Assembly (NCBI RefSeq): GCF_000189555.1
Contig: NC_017276.1
Length of the DNA: 64,000 nucleotides
Direction: 5' to 3' (one strand)
Source of the DNA: Saccharolobus islandicus REY15A
Lineage (GTDB): Archaea > Thermoproteota > Thermoprotei_A > Sulfolobales > Sulfolobaceae
Under the pieces are notes generated by a model, which was not told the DNA's origin, made no database searches, and saw nothing but the letters and a program-made list of their open reading frames with translations. Shown here one piece after another: positions 39,808 through 50,227 of this stretch (positions within the stretch are counted from its first letter, which is position 1; the number at the start of each line of letters is the position of its first letter). The position numbers and the translations under genes were made by a program.

Positions 39808-40689
39808 TTACTCGTTATCGATTTCCTCAAGGAATTTTCTCACCTCATCTAATTTTGGTCCTAAAGCTCCTATCTTAGTTACGGAAAGTGCTGCAACCTT
39901 ATTTGCATATTCAACTGCGGTCTCAAGATCGAATCCCTTTTCCAAATAGACGGAAAGTGCTGCGTTAAATACATCTCCAGCTCCCGTTTCATCTATAACG
40001 TTTACTTTAGGAGATGGTATAAGTACCTTTTTTCCATCCCTAGTTGCTAATAAAGCTCCTCTTTCCCCTAACGTAACTATAACTGCCTTTTTTACTTTCT
40101 TTAGTAATACATTTAAGCCATACTCAAAATCATCAGTATTTACTAACTCTTTAAACTCTATTTCATTAGGTGTTATAATATCTACTAATGACAAGATTTC
40201 AGTATCTTTAAGGTTTGCTGGCGCGGGATTAAGTATTTTTATTCCGTTAAACTCCTTTGCAGCCTTTTTAACTACGTTTTCTCTTATTTCCAATTGTATT
40301 AACAATATATCGCCCTCAAGACTATTATTTAAATCGTCTTCTGACAAGTTGTAGTTAGCGCCTCTGTTTACGACAATGATATTTCTTCCTTTCTTGTCAA
40401 CGAATATATATGCAGTGCCAGTGTTTATACCATTCTTTATCTTAACTTTAGATACGTCAATATTTTCCGATTTCCAGAATTCAATTGCATTCGTTCCATG
40501 CTTATCATCTCCCACTGCAGCGATTATTTTAACATGACTTCCTAATCTTGAAGCTGATACTGCTTGGTTTGAGCCCTTCCCTCCGTGAGTTATGTATACC
40601 TCATCAGCTATTACCGTTTCTCCAATTTCCGGTATTTTACTTACTCTCAATATTACATCAACGTTATAACTTCCTACTACAGCTATCAA
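39808..40689 (-). CDS. rbsK: Ribokinase (PfkB family)
   Basis: GGKGSNQA, NPAP, TPNE, TLGERG and DETGAGDVF motifs. Confidence 0.9.
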   Translation of the reverse strand: MIAVVGSYNVDVILRVSKIPEIGETVIADEVYITHGGKGSNQAVSASRLGSHVKIIAAVGDDKHGTNAIEFWKSENIDVSKVKIKNGINTGTAYIFVDKKGRNIIVVNRGANYNLSEDDLNNSLEGDILLIQLEIRENVVKKAAKEFNGIKILNPAPANLKDTEILSLVDIITPNEIEFKELVNTDDFEYGLNVLLKKVKKAVIVTLGERGALLATRDGKKVLIPSPKVNVIDETGAGDVFNAALSVYLEKGFDLETAVEYANKVAALSVTKIGALGPKLDEVRKFLEEIDNE

Positions 40690-41888
40690 CCTAGGACTAC
40701 CTCTTTTAGCTTTCTTATTAAATCATCCTTATCCTTACCCACGACTAATACCATATTATCCCGTAATATCGCGTCACCATTAATACCACTTTTACTCAAT
40801 TTTATTTTACCTTTTTCCGCTGCATCTAGTATTTTATCAGTTAACGGTAATAATATCCCTATTTTTTCACTAGATGTTTCTCTCATGATCTTAGTTATCT
40901 CATTACTTACGTTATTAAGTATTGGTCCGTCAATCTTTATTTTCTCTAAATATTTTATCAACCCCCCAGCTAAACTTAACACGTCATTATAATTTGTCAT
41001 ATATGCCACATTTACTTTAGAAGTATCGTTAATTAGCTTAAGTGTAATGTTGAGATTAGACTCTAAGAACCAAAGTAAGTTTTCTAGCTCATTTCTTCCT
41101 TCTTCTCTCTTTACTATAGACTCTACAGGAGCAAACGGGTCAACTGGTCCATATCCTCCTCCTAAGTCTAAACCGTATTTGATTGTTAATGAAGTAAATC
41201 TTTTAGCTCTAATTACTGCATCCCTAAGTTTGTATCCTAAGGCGAGATATGCAGTTATGGAGGCAGAAAATACGTCTCCACTACCATGCGTGTTTTTAGT
41301 GCCAATGTAATCTCCTTTTAACTCTATTTCCTCTCCGTCAATTATAGCATAATCTACTCCATTAAATCCCTTAACAACCACGTTCCCGTATTTAGAATAT
41401 ATTTCTCTTGCAGTTTTTATAACATCATCTTGACTATTAATCTTGGTATTGGCTATTATCTCAGCTTCATATCTATTGGGAGTAGAAATTATAGCTTCTC
41501 TCATCGCTTTTCTTATCTGTTCTGAGATGTCCTCCGTTATTAATAGCGATCCAGATTTCGCAACCATTACGGGATCTAAAACTAGTTTTATTTGATATTC
41601 CTTAATCTTTCTTAGCACAAGTTCTATTATTTTACCTGAAGCTAGCATACCTGTTTTTGCGTGAGATGGTCGTAAATCTTGACAAACTGCATCAAACTGA
41701 GCTTCAATGAAATCTGGTGGTATCTCTAATACTTTTGTTACTGCTTTTGTATTCTGTGCGGTTAAACCGGTTATTATTGTTGTACCAAAAACTCCCAATG
41801 CAGTAAACGTCTTTAGATCAGCTTGTAATCCAGCACCTCCTCCACTGTCACTACCAGCTATTGTGGCTACTACTGGTCTAGTGTGCAC
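40686..41888 (-). CDS. thiD: Hydroxymethylpyrimidine/phosphomethylpyrimidine kinase ThiD with a degenerate C-terminal ThiN-like domain
   Basis: [26 protein letters not shown] and THGSGD motifs. The ~140-aa C-terminal extension resembles ThiN. Confidence 0.92.
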   Translation of the reverse strand: MHTRPVVATIAGSDSGGGAGLQADLKTFTALGVFGTTIITGLTAQNTKAVTKVLEIPPDFIEAQFDAVCQDLRPSHAKTGMLASGKIIELVLRKIKEYQIKLVLDPVMVAKSGSLLITEDISEQIRKAMREAIISTPNRYEAEIIANTKINSQDDVIKTAREIYSKYGNVVVKGFNGVDYAIIDGEEIELKGDYIGTKNTHGSGDVFSASITAYLALGYKLRDAVIRAKRFTSLTIKYGLDLGGGYGPVDPFAPVESIVKREEGRNELENLLWFLESNLNITLKLINDTSKVNVAYMTNYNDVLSLAGGLIKYLEKIKIDGPILNNVSNEITKIMRETSSEKIGILLPLTDKILDAAEKGKIKLSKSGINGDAILRDNMVLVVGKDKDDLIRKLKEVVLG

Positions 41889-41919
41889 AATTTAACTATA
41901 CCGATAAAAAATATTAATT

Positions 41920-42528
41920 TTAGGTTAGTTTGGCTGGACAAATGACGGAAAATATACAATATTTGCACTCCCAATTGAATCTAGGCGAGTTCCTTAACGT
42001 TACTGTATCCTCTGCAAGTCTTACTATTGTTGCTTCATCTAAAGGTTCATTTATTTCATATTCCGCAATCCTATCTGGAGTTATGTAGATTAATATCCCC
42101 TTTTTTGTATTAAATAACCATAAATATATTTGTAGTTGCATCTTGTGGTGAATTAAAGGTAGTCCTTTATCGCTCCTAGAAGTTTTTATCTCAATTATTA
42201 TACTTTCACCGCTACTATTTTTGATTATTGCATCAGCCTTTCCCTTAATTTTGTAAACTCTACCTTCAACTTGAATCTCTCTCTGAGTCTCAACTTCAGC
42301 TTCTGCAGTAAAGTTTTTCTTTAATAAATTTTCAAGGCCAAGATGTAATATGTCTCCTAAAATAGCTGAAGGTGCATAAACTTGAGAAATTGCGAGCTCT
42401 TTATATTCGCTCTCATATTTTACTTTTCTGGGGCATTTTACCAAATCTGTTACATATATAGTATTCTCTTCCTTTACATGGCTTAACTGTTCTTCTAATT
42501 TCTTTTTTAGTAGAAACTCAGTTATCAT
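41920..42528 (-). CDS. cas4: Solo Cas4 family Fe-S exonuclease (SSO0001 orthologue), not CRISPR-linked
   Basis: Four-Cys cluster ligands (KCPR...CKYCIFSVIC), RecB motifs GKAD, EIK and QLQIY. Near-identical to SSO0001 as I recall it. Confidence 0.92.
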   Translation of the reverse strand: MITEFLLKKKLEEQLSHVKEENTIYVTDLVKCPRKVKYESEYKELAISQVYAPSAILGDILHLGLENLLKKNFTAEAEVETQREIQVEGRVYKIKGKADAIIKNSSGESIIIEIKTSRSDKGLPLIHHKMQLQIYLWLFNTKKGILIYITPDRIAEYEINEPLDEATIVRLAEDTVTLRNSPRFNWECKYCIFSVICPAKLT

Positions 42529-43706
42529 CCTATAACCTCCCCCGTAACCTTGGTACTTCTTTCAGTCTTTATCCACACTCTCGGTGCTCTCATTAACTCT
42601 AAAAATATTGCAGTGAAGTTTAGCGCTACAATAAAGTTCATATAAACGAACGAAGGAATCATATAGAAATACTCTATCATGTGTCTTCTTGCTATTAAGA
42701 TTATAAGTATTAACGAAAGCAGAGAGGCCAAAGAAACTAAGCCGGCTGCGACAATGTATAGGGATGAAGAGTATACTAACACTAGAGAATAGTTCACAAG
42801 ATTTAAGACCATGAAGAATGGTGTAAGTACTATTAGCATTCCATCTATTACTTTTAGATCGATCTTTCTAAGCTTACCAAAAGGTACTTCTAAATGTCCC
42901 CTATACCATCTTAACCTTTGTCTAATCAAAACTCTCAAACTAGCTGGAACTTCCCTCCAACTGATAGTGGTTGGGGAATAAATAATCCTATAGCCTTTAT
43001 TTACAATTTTAAGGCTAATATCTAAATCTTCAGTTAGAGAATGTTCATTCCATCCTCCTAATTCCATTATCAAACTTTTCCTTATGAAAGAACAAGTTCC
43101 TTCTATTGGCACAAAGAGACCCATCTTAGCTCTTCCAGCTATCGAATATTCATATATCAATTCCTCGATGGCTGCTAATCTACTGGTTATACTTTCCCTT
43201 ACATTTATTGGAATTAACTTTCCTTGAACAGCACCAATATTACTATCCCCAAATTTCGGTTCAACATACTCTAAAATATCTAATCTTGGTACTGTATCTC
43301 CATCGAATATACCGATAATTTCTCCCTTACTGATACTTAAGGCAAAGTTTAATGCTCTACTTTTCCCATTTGGTACATTAGCTCTTGGAAGACTATAACA
43401 TCTTACAAGGTTGTTATACTTTGCCTCATATTCTTTACAGATTTGGACAGTTCTATCAGTTGATCCATCTTCCACTACAATTATTTCGTATTTAGATTTA
43501 TCATATTCTAGATTTACAAGTCGATCTAATAACCTAGGAAGTACTCTTTCCTCATTTTTAACCGGAACTATCAGACTAAAGGTTATTCCACTATGATTTT
43601 TACTTTCAAATGGTTTCCATGCTACGCCAACTATTGATAGTATGCCATTATACACAGTCCATGAAGATACTATACCACTTAACGTTATTAGCAGAATTTC
43701 CAGCAT
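42525..43706 (-). CDS. GT2 family processive-type membrane glycosyltransferase
   Basis: VPVKNE, DGSTD, GKSRALN, DGD, TED and QRLRW (QxxRW) motifs; TM segments at both ends. Confidence 0.9.
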   Translation of the reverse strand: MLEILLITLSGIVSSWTVYNGILSIVGVAWKPFESKNHSGITFSLIVPVKNEERVLPRLLDRLVNLEYDKSKYEIIVVEDGSTDRTVQICKEYEAKYNNLVRCYSLPRANVPNGKSRALNFALSISKGEIIGIFDGDTVPRLDILEYVEPKFGDSNIGAVQGKLIPINVRESITSRLAAIEELIYEYSIAGRAKMGLFVPIEGTCSFIRKSLIMELGGWNEHSLTEDLDISLKIVNKGYRIIYSPTTISWREVPASLRVLIRQRLRWYRGHLEVPFGKLRKIDLKVIDGMLIVLTPFFMVLNLVNYSLVLVYSSSLYIVAAGLVSLASLLSLILIILIARRHMIEYFYMIPSFVYMNFIVALNFTAIFLELMRAPRVWIKTERSTKVTGEVIG

Positions 43707-43804
43707 TATTTTTCATACCCATCTCTAATAATATATTTTTTGTTTATCGTCATACTCTTCTGATGTCCTAATCTCTTTTAATCTTAGAAGTCAATAATGT
43801 ATAT

Positions 43805-44056
43805 ATGTTTAAGGAGTTATTGGGCGATTATGAGCCACGGGGTAGAGTAATTCAAGGAGTAGGAAGATTTATAGCTCTTGGCCTAGACGACCCATTTCAC
43901 ATAACTACCATATCTGGGTTTACGATATATGGGCTAGGTAAATATATAGAAAAGAAAAGGACCAACTACGGAATCAGGATGGCTAAAATGGACATAGAAA
44001 ACGTAAGGAAAGATTTAAGGGAAATTACACTAGACATTTCTACTATTAGATTTTAA
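43805..44056 (+). CDS. Small hypothetical protein (possibly N-terminally eroded)
   Basis: 83-aa ORF with a Gly-rich hydrophobic hairpin and a coiled C-terminus. Confidence 0.45.
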   Translation: MFKELLGDYEPRGRVIQGVGRFIALGLDDPFHITTISGFTIYGLGKYIEKKRTNYGIRMAKMDIENVRKDLREITLDISTIRF

Positions 44057-44083
44057 TCGCATATAAGATAAAGGTATTTTTAA

Positions 44084-45010
44084 ATGAAAATTACACCAAT
44101 AGCGTTTGAAAGTTTAGGTGTAAGATCTCAAGCAACCTTAATAGAAACTAAAGACCTTAGAGTTCTAGTAGACCCTGCTATTTCCTTAGCCCCAAGAAGA
44201 TATAATCTTCCACCTCATCAGAGAGAAGTGGATAGACTAACGGAATTGGCTAAGGTTTTAGTAGATGTTGCAAAAGATGTTGATGTAATAATAGTGTCTC
44301 ATTATCATTATGATCATCATGACCCTGGATACGTTATACCAACGGATATCTACAAGAATAAGTTAGTATTTATAAAAGATCCTCAAAATATGATAAATAA
44401 TAGCCAAAAATATAGGAGGGCTCCTAGGTTCCTGCGATCTATAAAAGACAAACCAAGTAAAATAGAAATAGCAGATGGTAAGACATTAGAGCTTGGTCAT
44501 ACTACTATCTCCTTTTCTCCAGCAGTTCCACATGGTGCCGATGAAAGATTAGGCTATGTAATTCAAGTTGCGATAAGTGATAAGGACTCGACGGTGCTAT
44601 TCACTTCTGATATAGAAGGAGCCCCAAAAGATGTACATTTAAAGTTCACAAAGGAAAAGATGCCAAAAACTATTATAATTGATGGCCCTCTAAGTTATCT
44701 TTTAGGTAGGGTGTTAAAAGAAGAAGAACTAGAAAAGTCAATTAGGAATATGGAGGAAATAGTCAAGAATGGACTTGAAACAGTAATTATTGATCATCAC
44801 GTCCTAAGGGACATTAACTACGCTGAAGTTTTAAAACCAGTTTATGATATCGCTAAGGACTTAGGCGTAAGAGTGACTACTGCTGCTGAGTATTTAAATT
44901 TAGAGCCATTAATATTGGAAGCAAGAAGAAAAGAGTTATTTAAGGAGGATAATAGGCCAGCCAGGATACCTAGAGGATTAGCTAATTTATTAAGTGCAGG
45001 AGAAGGTTAA
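44084..45010 (+). CDS. UPF0282-like metallo-beta-lactamase fold hydrolase
   Basis: [22 protein letters not shown] and IDHH motifs. Confidence 0.85.
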   Translation: MKITPIAFESLGVRSQATLIETKDLRVLVDPAISLAPRRYNLPPHQREVDRLTELAKVLVDVAKDVDVIIVSHYHYDHHDPGYVIPTDIYKNKLVFIKDPQNMINNSQKYRRAPRFLRSIKDKPSKIEIADGKTLELGHTTISFSPAVPHGADERLGYVIQVAISDKDSTVLFTSDIEGAPKDVHLKFTKEKMPKTIIIDGPLSYLLGRVLKEEELEKSIRNMEEIVKNGLETVIIDHHVLRDINYAEVLKPVYDIAKDLGVRVTTAAEYLNLEPLILEARRKELFKEDNRPARIPRGLANLLSAGEG

Positions 45011-45792
45011 GGTAAATATGAAACCGGTATAAAGTGTGCTAATACCATTCCAGCTACATAGCTTCCCATAAGTGCGATTAGTCCAGTACCTATTTGCTCT
45101 AGGGCTCCTCTATGTTTGCTTAATCCAGTGTACTTAGTGCCTAATACGCCAAATATTCCAAGAGTTATAATCACTAGTAATATTGATGTGATTAACGCAA
45201 AGTTGAACTCGGATTGCCTAAAGTAGGCCCCTATTGCAAATGGTAATATTGGTATGAGGCCTCCTATTATCAAATAAAAGGACATGAGGAAGCCAAGCCT
45301 AATTGGGCTATCGAATTCTTCTGGAAATACTTTAAGTTCATGCATTAGCATCTCTTCTAAGGCTACATCCTCATTTTTTAGTAAGTAATCTGCTATTTTT
45401 TCTGAAACCTCCTTATTGAAGCCCTTCTTAATATAAAATTCAACCAACTCTTGTTTTTCCATATCTGGGAACTTTCTCAACTGGTATTTTTCCTTTCTTA
45501 TCTCGTTCTGAATTACTTGCATTCTAACTCTTGTGCTTATATACTCTCCAATACCCATGGAAAACGCTTGGCCAATTGTTGCAATTAAACCAGCTACCAA
45601 TACTGCAATTGAGTCGTGTGAAAATCCGGCAGCTCCTAACACTATTGCACCTACTCCTATTAGACCATCTTGTATACCAAAGACTTTAGTCCTAAAAGTG
45701 TCAGCTTCATGAATATAATGAACGAGTTCCTCTCCCTTTTCTTGTTTCATAAGACTCTTCTTGTTTAATATATTTATATACTTCTCTAGCAT
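45007..45792 (-). CDS. VIT1/CCC1 family Fe/Mn transporter
   Basis: [19 protein letters not shown] and GGLIPILPF motifs. Confidence 0.9.
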   Translation of the reverse strand: MLEKYINILNKKSLMKQEKGEELVHYIHEADTFRTKVFGIQDGLIGVGAIVLGAAGFSHDSIAVLVAGLIATIGQAFSMGIGEYISTRVRMQVIQNEIRKEKYQLRKFPDMEKQELVEFYIKKGFNKEVSEKIADYLLKNEDVALEEMLMHELKVFPEEFDSPIRLGFLMSFYLIIGGLIPILPFAIGAYFRQSEFNFALITSILLVIITLGIFGVLGTKYTGLSKHRGALEQIGTGLIALMGSYVAGMVLAHFIPVSYLP

Positions 45793-45796
45793 TACG

Positions 45797-46267
45797 CTAA
45801 GTCGTAACTACAATAAACTTGTCTCCTTCCTTTTTCAGTAATCCTGAATAGACCCCCCATTCCACTAAAGTTATTTGTAAATCGTAAAGACCCTCTGGGC
45901 TATTATAAACTTGGATTCCTTTCTTTTCAAGAATATATTTCAATTCTTCTATTGTAAAATACTTCAATTCTAGAGTAGTTTTAAACGGTTCAATTTTCTT
46001 TATGGAATCTCTGATGATTTCCTTCCTTCTTTTGAGATTTGACTTAAGGAATTCCATACCTTTGTCAGTTATTATTATGTCTCCCTCACCTACTGTTATG
46101 AAACCTAAGGAATTTGCTGTATATACTATTGGCATTAGATCGTCCAAATCTACTTCCATCTCCTTTTCTAACATATATAGGTCCGTCTTTCCATTAAACG
46201 TGTTTTCCAAAGAGTACAAGAGTCCTACCAAATCTGCTACTCTCGCATGCGGATCTATAATTTCCAC
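45797..46267 (-). CDS. Stand-alone AAA-associated C-terminal domain protein (as fused to NitT/TauT ABC ATPases)
   Basis: DLYMLEKEMEVDLDDLMP...GDIIIT..G...WGVYSGL pattern. Confidence 0.72.
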   Translation of the reverse strand: MEIIDPHARVADLVGLLYSLENTFNGKTDLYMLEKEMEVDLDDLMPIVYTANSLGFITVGEGDIIITDKGMEFLKSNLKRRKEIIRDSIKKIEPFKTTLELKYFTIEELKYILEKKGIQVYNSPEGLYDLQITLVEWGVYSGLLKKEGDKFIVVTT

Positions 46268-46287
46268 AGAGTAAAATTATAGTAATC

Positions 46288-46641
46288 TTACCTTTTTAAA
46301 TTATCTCTAAGGAGTGCTATTATATATAAGATGGGCCCTACATAGAAACCCAAGATCATTAAAATATCCAGTGCTGTGATATATAACGATTGGCCAAACT
46401 CTCTAAAAGCTTGTATATGTGCTCCGGAAGAAGATGAGATAATAATAGCTAATATTGCTAAAATTAATAATATATATTTTAAAAAATTATATTTATTAAT
46501 CAAAAACAAAGATATAATTAGAAATACCACAATAACTAATGTACCAACTGTGAAAATTCGCGGTACAAAATTCAATAGCATTATACTTCCTACCAATAGA
46601 GATACTGCAGTCAAGATAAGTGAAAAGTAAATTAACTTCAT
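46288..46641 (-). CDS. Hypothetical membrane protein
   Basis: 117 aa with about four TM segments. Confidence 0.6.
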   Translation of the reverse strand: MKLIYFSLILTAVSLLVGSIMLLNFVPRIFTVGTLVIVVFLIISLFLINKYNFLKYILLILAILAIIISSSSGAHIQAFREFGQSLYITALDILMILGFYVGPILYIIALLRDNLKR

Positions 46642-46733
46642 TCTATTTCATATATTTTTTCCTTATTCTCTGTTATTAAAGTGTAGTAGCGCGACGCTTA
46701 CTTTTTAAAATAATACAGTACAAGTATAATATC

Positions 46734-47099
46734 GTGGAAACAGTAAATGAGCCTAAAAAGGAGTTCTACACATATTTCATTTCAACATCAAAATTCTATT
46801 ATGATCTCAGTAGTACAGTTAATTCTCCAATAGTAGTATGCGAAATGTTGTATGAGGCAATAAATGCTGGAATAAAACTCCTCACTTATTACTTCTCTTT
46901 ACAATATAAACCAAGAAACGAGGTTGTAAAGGAATTATCTAACATATTAGGAGATTGGGTAGAATATTATTGGAGCTTAGGGTTAACATTACATTATGAT
47001 TGCTATTTAAGTGGGAATGTGGATCAAGACGACATTCCGTTTTATGAGAATCAAGTAAAGGATTTCATTTCTAAGGTAGAAGAAGTGGTCTTTGGCTAA
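46734..47099 (+). CDS. PaREP1 family protein (HEPN-related)
   Basis: CEMLYEAINAGIKLL...YWSLGLTLHYDCY pattern typical of PaREP1. Confidence 0.7.
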   Translation: METVNEPKKEFYTYFISTSKFYYDLSSTVNSPIVVCEMLYEAINAGIKLLTYYFSLQYKPRNEVVKELSNILGDWVEYYWSLGLTLHYDCYLSGNVDQDDIPFYENQVKDFISKVEEVVFG

Positions 47100-48238
47100 C
47101 TGTTTCTTATGACTTCATTAAGGATTCTGACTCCCTCAATTATTTCTTCCTTAGTTGCCACTGAAACACTTAGTCTAACCATTGTATCTCCTCCCCTTAA
47201 AAAGAAAGGCTTTGCTGGAACAAGACTTAGACCTTTCTCTACGACCTTATGGAAAACGTTCCAACTATCTCTACCTACATCCAGGAGAAGAAAGAAACCA
47301 CACTTAGGCTCGTTAAACTTGTCTAATCCTTTATCTTTAAGGGAGTCTATTAATGCTCTCATTTTAATCTTATAATGTTCATAAAGCTCCTTTGATTTCT
47401 CAGTTACAATCCCTTTTCTTAGCAATCTGGCTACTACATATTGGTTTATGGTTGATGTAGAGAAGTCCAATTGTTCCATTAAGCTAATTTTTTCAGCTAT
47501 ATCTTCCTTTGCTACGAGAAATCCTACTCTTAACCCCGGTGCTATTATTTTACTGAAACTACTTACGTATATTACTCTACCGGTATTGTCGTAGTTCTTT
47601 ATTGGATTTGGAATTTCTCCAGCTATTGGCCTATATGGATCATCTTCTATAATGTAGAAATCGTATTTTTCGGCCAGTTCTACTAATGTCTTTCTTTTAC
47701 ATTCGGACATGTTAACTCCAGCTGGATTGTGACAATTTGGAATAACATATAACAATTTGATTTTAACAATTTTAAGTAGGGTTTCGAGTTCATTAACGTT
47801 AATTCCGGACGAATCTAACGATATTGGAATTACAGATGAACTTCTGAATTTTAGCGCGTTAAAAGTTTCTATGAAGGTTGGATTCTCAACAGCTATAACA
47901 TCGTTCTCTAGGAAGTATTTGCCTAATAATTCCATTGCATGTTGTGCTCCACTTGTAACAACTATTCTTTCACCTTTTCTCTTGTTCAAGTTTAAAAGAG
48001 GTAGGAATTTGTCTTTTATTTCTCTTATAAGTTCATCTTGTCCTCCAGCTCCAGGGTAAAATAATACCTTCGAACCTAGTTCGTTCAGAACTTCGTTATA
48101 CGCTTCTTCTATTTCCTTTAAGGGCATTTTACCAGGATCTGGCGTCCCGCTGGCCATGTTAATTTTAACTCTTTTGGCTATTTGCGATCCTAATTCAACT
48201 GGTGAAATCTCTATTTCTTTTCCGATTCTCGATACCAA
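47096..48238 (-). CDS. PLP-dependent class I/II aminotransferase (MocR-type catalytic domain)
   Basis: HNPAG, IEDDPY and SFSKIIAPGLRVG motifs. Confidence 0.92.
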   Translation of the reverse strand: MVSRIGKEIEISPVELGSQIAKRVKINMASGTPDPGKMPLKEIEEAYNEVLNELGSKVLFYPGAGGQDELIREIKDKFLPLLNLNKRKGERIVVTSGAQHAMELLGKYFLENDVIAVENPTFIETFNALKFRSSSVIPISLDSSGINVNELETLLKIVKIKLLYVIPNCHNPAGVNMSECKRKTLVELAEKYDFYIIEDDPYRPIAGEIPNPIKNYDNTGRVIYVSSFSKIIAPGLRVGFLVAKEDIAEKISLMEQLDFSTSTINQYVVARLLRKGIVTEKSKELYEHYKIKMRALIDSLKDKGLDKFNEPKCGFFLLLDVGRDSWNVFHKVVEKGLSLVPAKPFFLRGGDTMVRLSVSVATKEEIIEGVRILNEVIRNS

Positions 48239-49167
48239 ACTCCTTTTACCTCTATTTCAGTACCTAAACCCTTGCTTAAAGCTTTTTCATAGATAAGTCT
48301 ACTTACTGCTAAATCTTCAAGACCTATACCTACAGATTTGAAGATTGTTATTCCCTCTCTGGCTACATTAATCCTTCTAGATAGTATTGACGACAAGAGA
48401 GTTATCTTACTCATATCTAGCATTCCCATTTTCTTTGCAATGACCAACTCTCCAGATTCTTTTAAACTCTGCTCTAATTCTTCAACTACAATCAAATTTG
48501 ACGCTTTTATTACCTCTGGGAAAATCTCAATCTTTTCTGGTATATTAGAACCCATCGCATTAATGTGTATTCTTTTATGATTTACGTATTCTAATTTCAA
48601 AAATGGATCCTTAGCCTTAGTTATCGTTGTTATAACTTCACTTTCTTCACAAATCTTTTTAATAGAATCTTTAGGCGAAACATCTATACCTTCACTCCTA
48701 AATATGGCTAAAGCTTTTTCCATTCTTTGTTGGGAGGGGGTAAAGATATTAATTTTAATTCCTTTCCTTAGTTGACTTGCAATCTCTACAATTGCTATAC
48801 CATACTTTCCCAAACCAATTACTCCTAGTGAGGAGAAGTCTCCATATATATAGTCTGTTGCAAGTATCGACAATACAGCAGTTCTAACTTGTGAGAGCCT
48901 ATCGGACTCTATTATGCTTAGGAAATTACCGGCGGTATCATATAAGAACGTTAAATGGCTACTTGAAATGAAAGTTTTGTATCCCATATAGTTTTCCATA
49001 GCCGCAGCTTGAAACGTAAGAGTAGTTCCGTGAAATGATATTCTACTTCTTTCTAAATTTATTGCTAGTTTATTATCAAAAAGTAAAAATGCGTTTAATA
49101 ATGACTCATAAATTTGTTTATAATCCAGTAAATTTATTACATCATTCTCTTTTAGTAGTAGTGTCAA
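48211..49167 (-). CDS. Ornithine cyclodeaminase / mu-crystallin / alanine dehydrogenase family
   Basis: RTAVLS, IGLGKYG, HINAMGSN and FKSVGIGLEDLA motifs. Confidence 0.88.
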   Translation of the reverse strand: MTLLLKENDVINLLDYKQIYESLLNAFLLFDNKLAINLERSRISFHGTTLTFQAAAMENYMGYKTFISSSHLTFLYDTAGNFLSIIESDRLSQVRTAVLSILATDYIYGDFSSLGVIGLGKYGIAIVEIASQLRKGIKINIFTPSQQRMEKALAIFRSEGIDVSPKDSIKKICEESEVITTITKAKDPFLKLEYVNHKRIHINAMGSNIPEKIEIFPEVIKASNLIVVEELEQSLKESGELVIAKKMGMLDMSKITLLSSILSRRINVAREGITIFKSVGIGLEDLAVSRLIYEKALSKGLGTEIEVKGVWYRESEKK

Positions 49168-49227
49168 TTCTCTCTTAATTTGATATGACTTTATATTTAA
49201 AAGAGATTCTATGATTAGCTATTATAT

Positions 49228-49548
49228 ATGGAACTTACTCCTAGGCTTCAAGATATAGTAAATATTCTAAAAAACAAGGGTAGTATAAATGTAAAGGATC
49301 TCGCTCTAGAAATAAAAGTATCTCCAAAGACTGCCAAGGGTTACGCTAGAGAACTACAAAGACTAGGACTAGTTGATATGGATCAAGATGGTAATATAAG
49401 ACTTAAGGAACATAAGGTAGAACATCCAGACAGCGAGAAATTGTTAAAAACCTTGGAGAATCATGAGAACGAGATAACATTACTTAAGAAGGAGATAGAA
49501 GTGATTAAAGGAGAGTTAGAAAAACTCAAGAAGAAAGGGAAAGCTTAA
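49228..49548 (+). CDS. Winged-helix DNA-binding protein with a C-terminal coiled coil
   Basis: HTH (VKDLALEIKVSPKTAKGYARELQRLGLV), a wing, then a heptad repeat (LENHENEITLLKKEIEVIKGELEKLKK). Confidence 0.78.
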   Translation: MELTPRLQDIVNILKNKGSINVKDLALEIKVSPKTAKGYARELQRLGLVDMDQDGNIRLKEHKVEHPDSEKLLKTLENHENEITLLKKEIEVIKGELEKLKKKGKA

Positions 49549-50227
49549 CTATATAAAGGAACCAATTTAAAATTTCTCTAAAATCTAGTTTGCTTTTTCC
49601 AGTTTTCCTATCTACGAAAATAATGGGATACTCCTTAAACGTGAGATTATTTCTTATAATCTTGAATATGGAGCATATTTGAAATTCATAGCCGTTTGTG
49701 GTATCACATTCTAACGCCAATAACGCTGCTTTACGTGAATATATTCTATAATTTGAGGTATTATCGTTAATAGGAGAATGTGATACCAACTTAAATAGAT
49801 AATTGGCTCCCCTACTTATAATTCTCCTACTAAAGGGCCAATTTTCTATCCCACCCCCCTTTACATATCTAGAACCTATGACTAGATCGTAATTTTCATT
49901 TAAGGCAATTTTCATCATTTCTGGTAAATATTTTGGGTCATGACTAAAGTCTGCATCCATTGTAACTATGAAGTCTGATTTCAGTTCTATTGCCTTTTTA
50001 ATTCCATATCTTATTGCTGATCCCAGACCCCTTTCATTATATCTTACTAACACAGTTAGATTATGGATGTTTAAGTCTTGCAATATTAATGCAGTTCCAT
50101 CTGGACTATTATCGTCTACAATGAGGATCCTCGAGGTATACGGTACTATCTTTTTTATCTCCTCAACTAATTTTACGATATTGTCCCTTTCATTATAAGT
50201 GGGTATAACGATAGAAAAGTTAGCCAT
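49526..50227 (-). CDS. Dolichol/polyprenol-phosphate mannosyltransferase (DPM1-like GT2)
   Basis: IPTYNERDN, DDNSPDGT, MDADFSHDP, GSRY and IFVDRKTGKSKL motifs. Confidence 0.88.
   Translation of the reverse strand: MANFSIVIPTYNERDNIVKLVEEIKKIVPYTSRILIVDDNSPDGTALILQDLNIHNLTVLVRYNERGLGSAIRYGIKKAIELKSDFIVTMDADFSHDPKYLPEMMKIALNENYDLVIGSRYVKGGGIENWPFSRRIISRGANYLFKLVSHSPINDNTSNYRIYSRKAALLALECDTTNGYEFQICSIFKIIRNNLTFKEYPIIFVDRKTGKSKLDFREILNWFLYIVKLSLSS

Noticed and set aside
41920-42528. cas4 as evidence of a CRISPR-Cas locus
   Set aside because: No repeat-spacer array and no cas1, cas2 or effector genes in 64 kb; this is the solo SSO0001-type Cas4.
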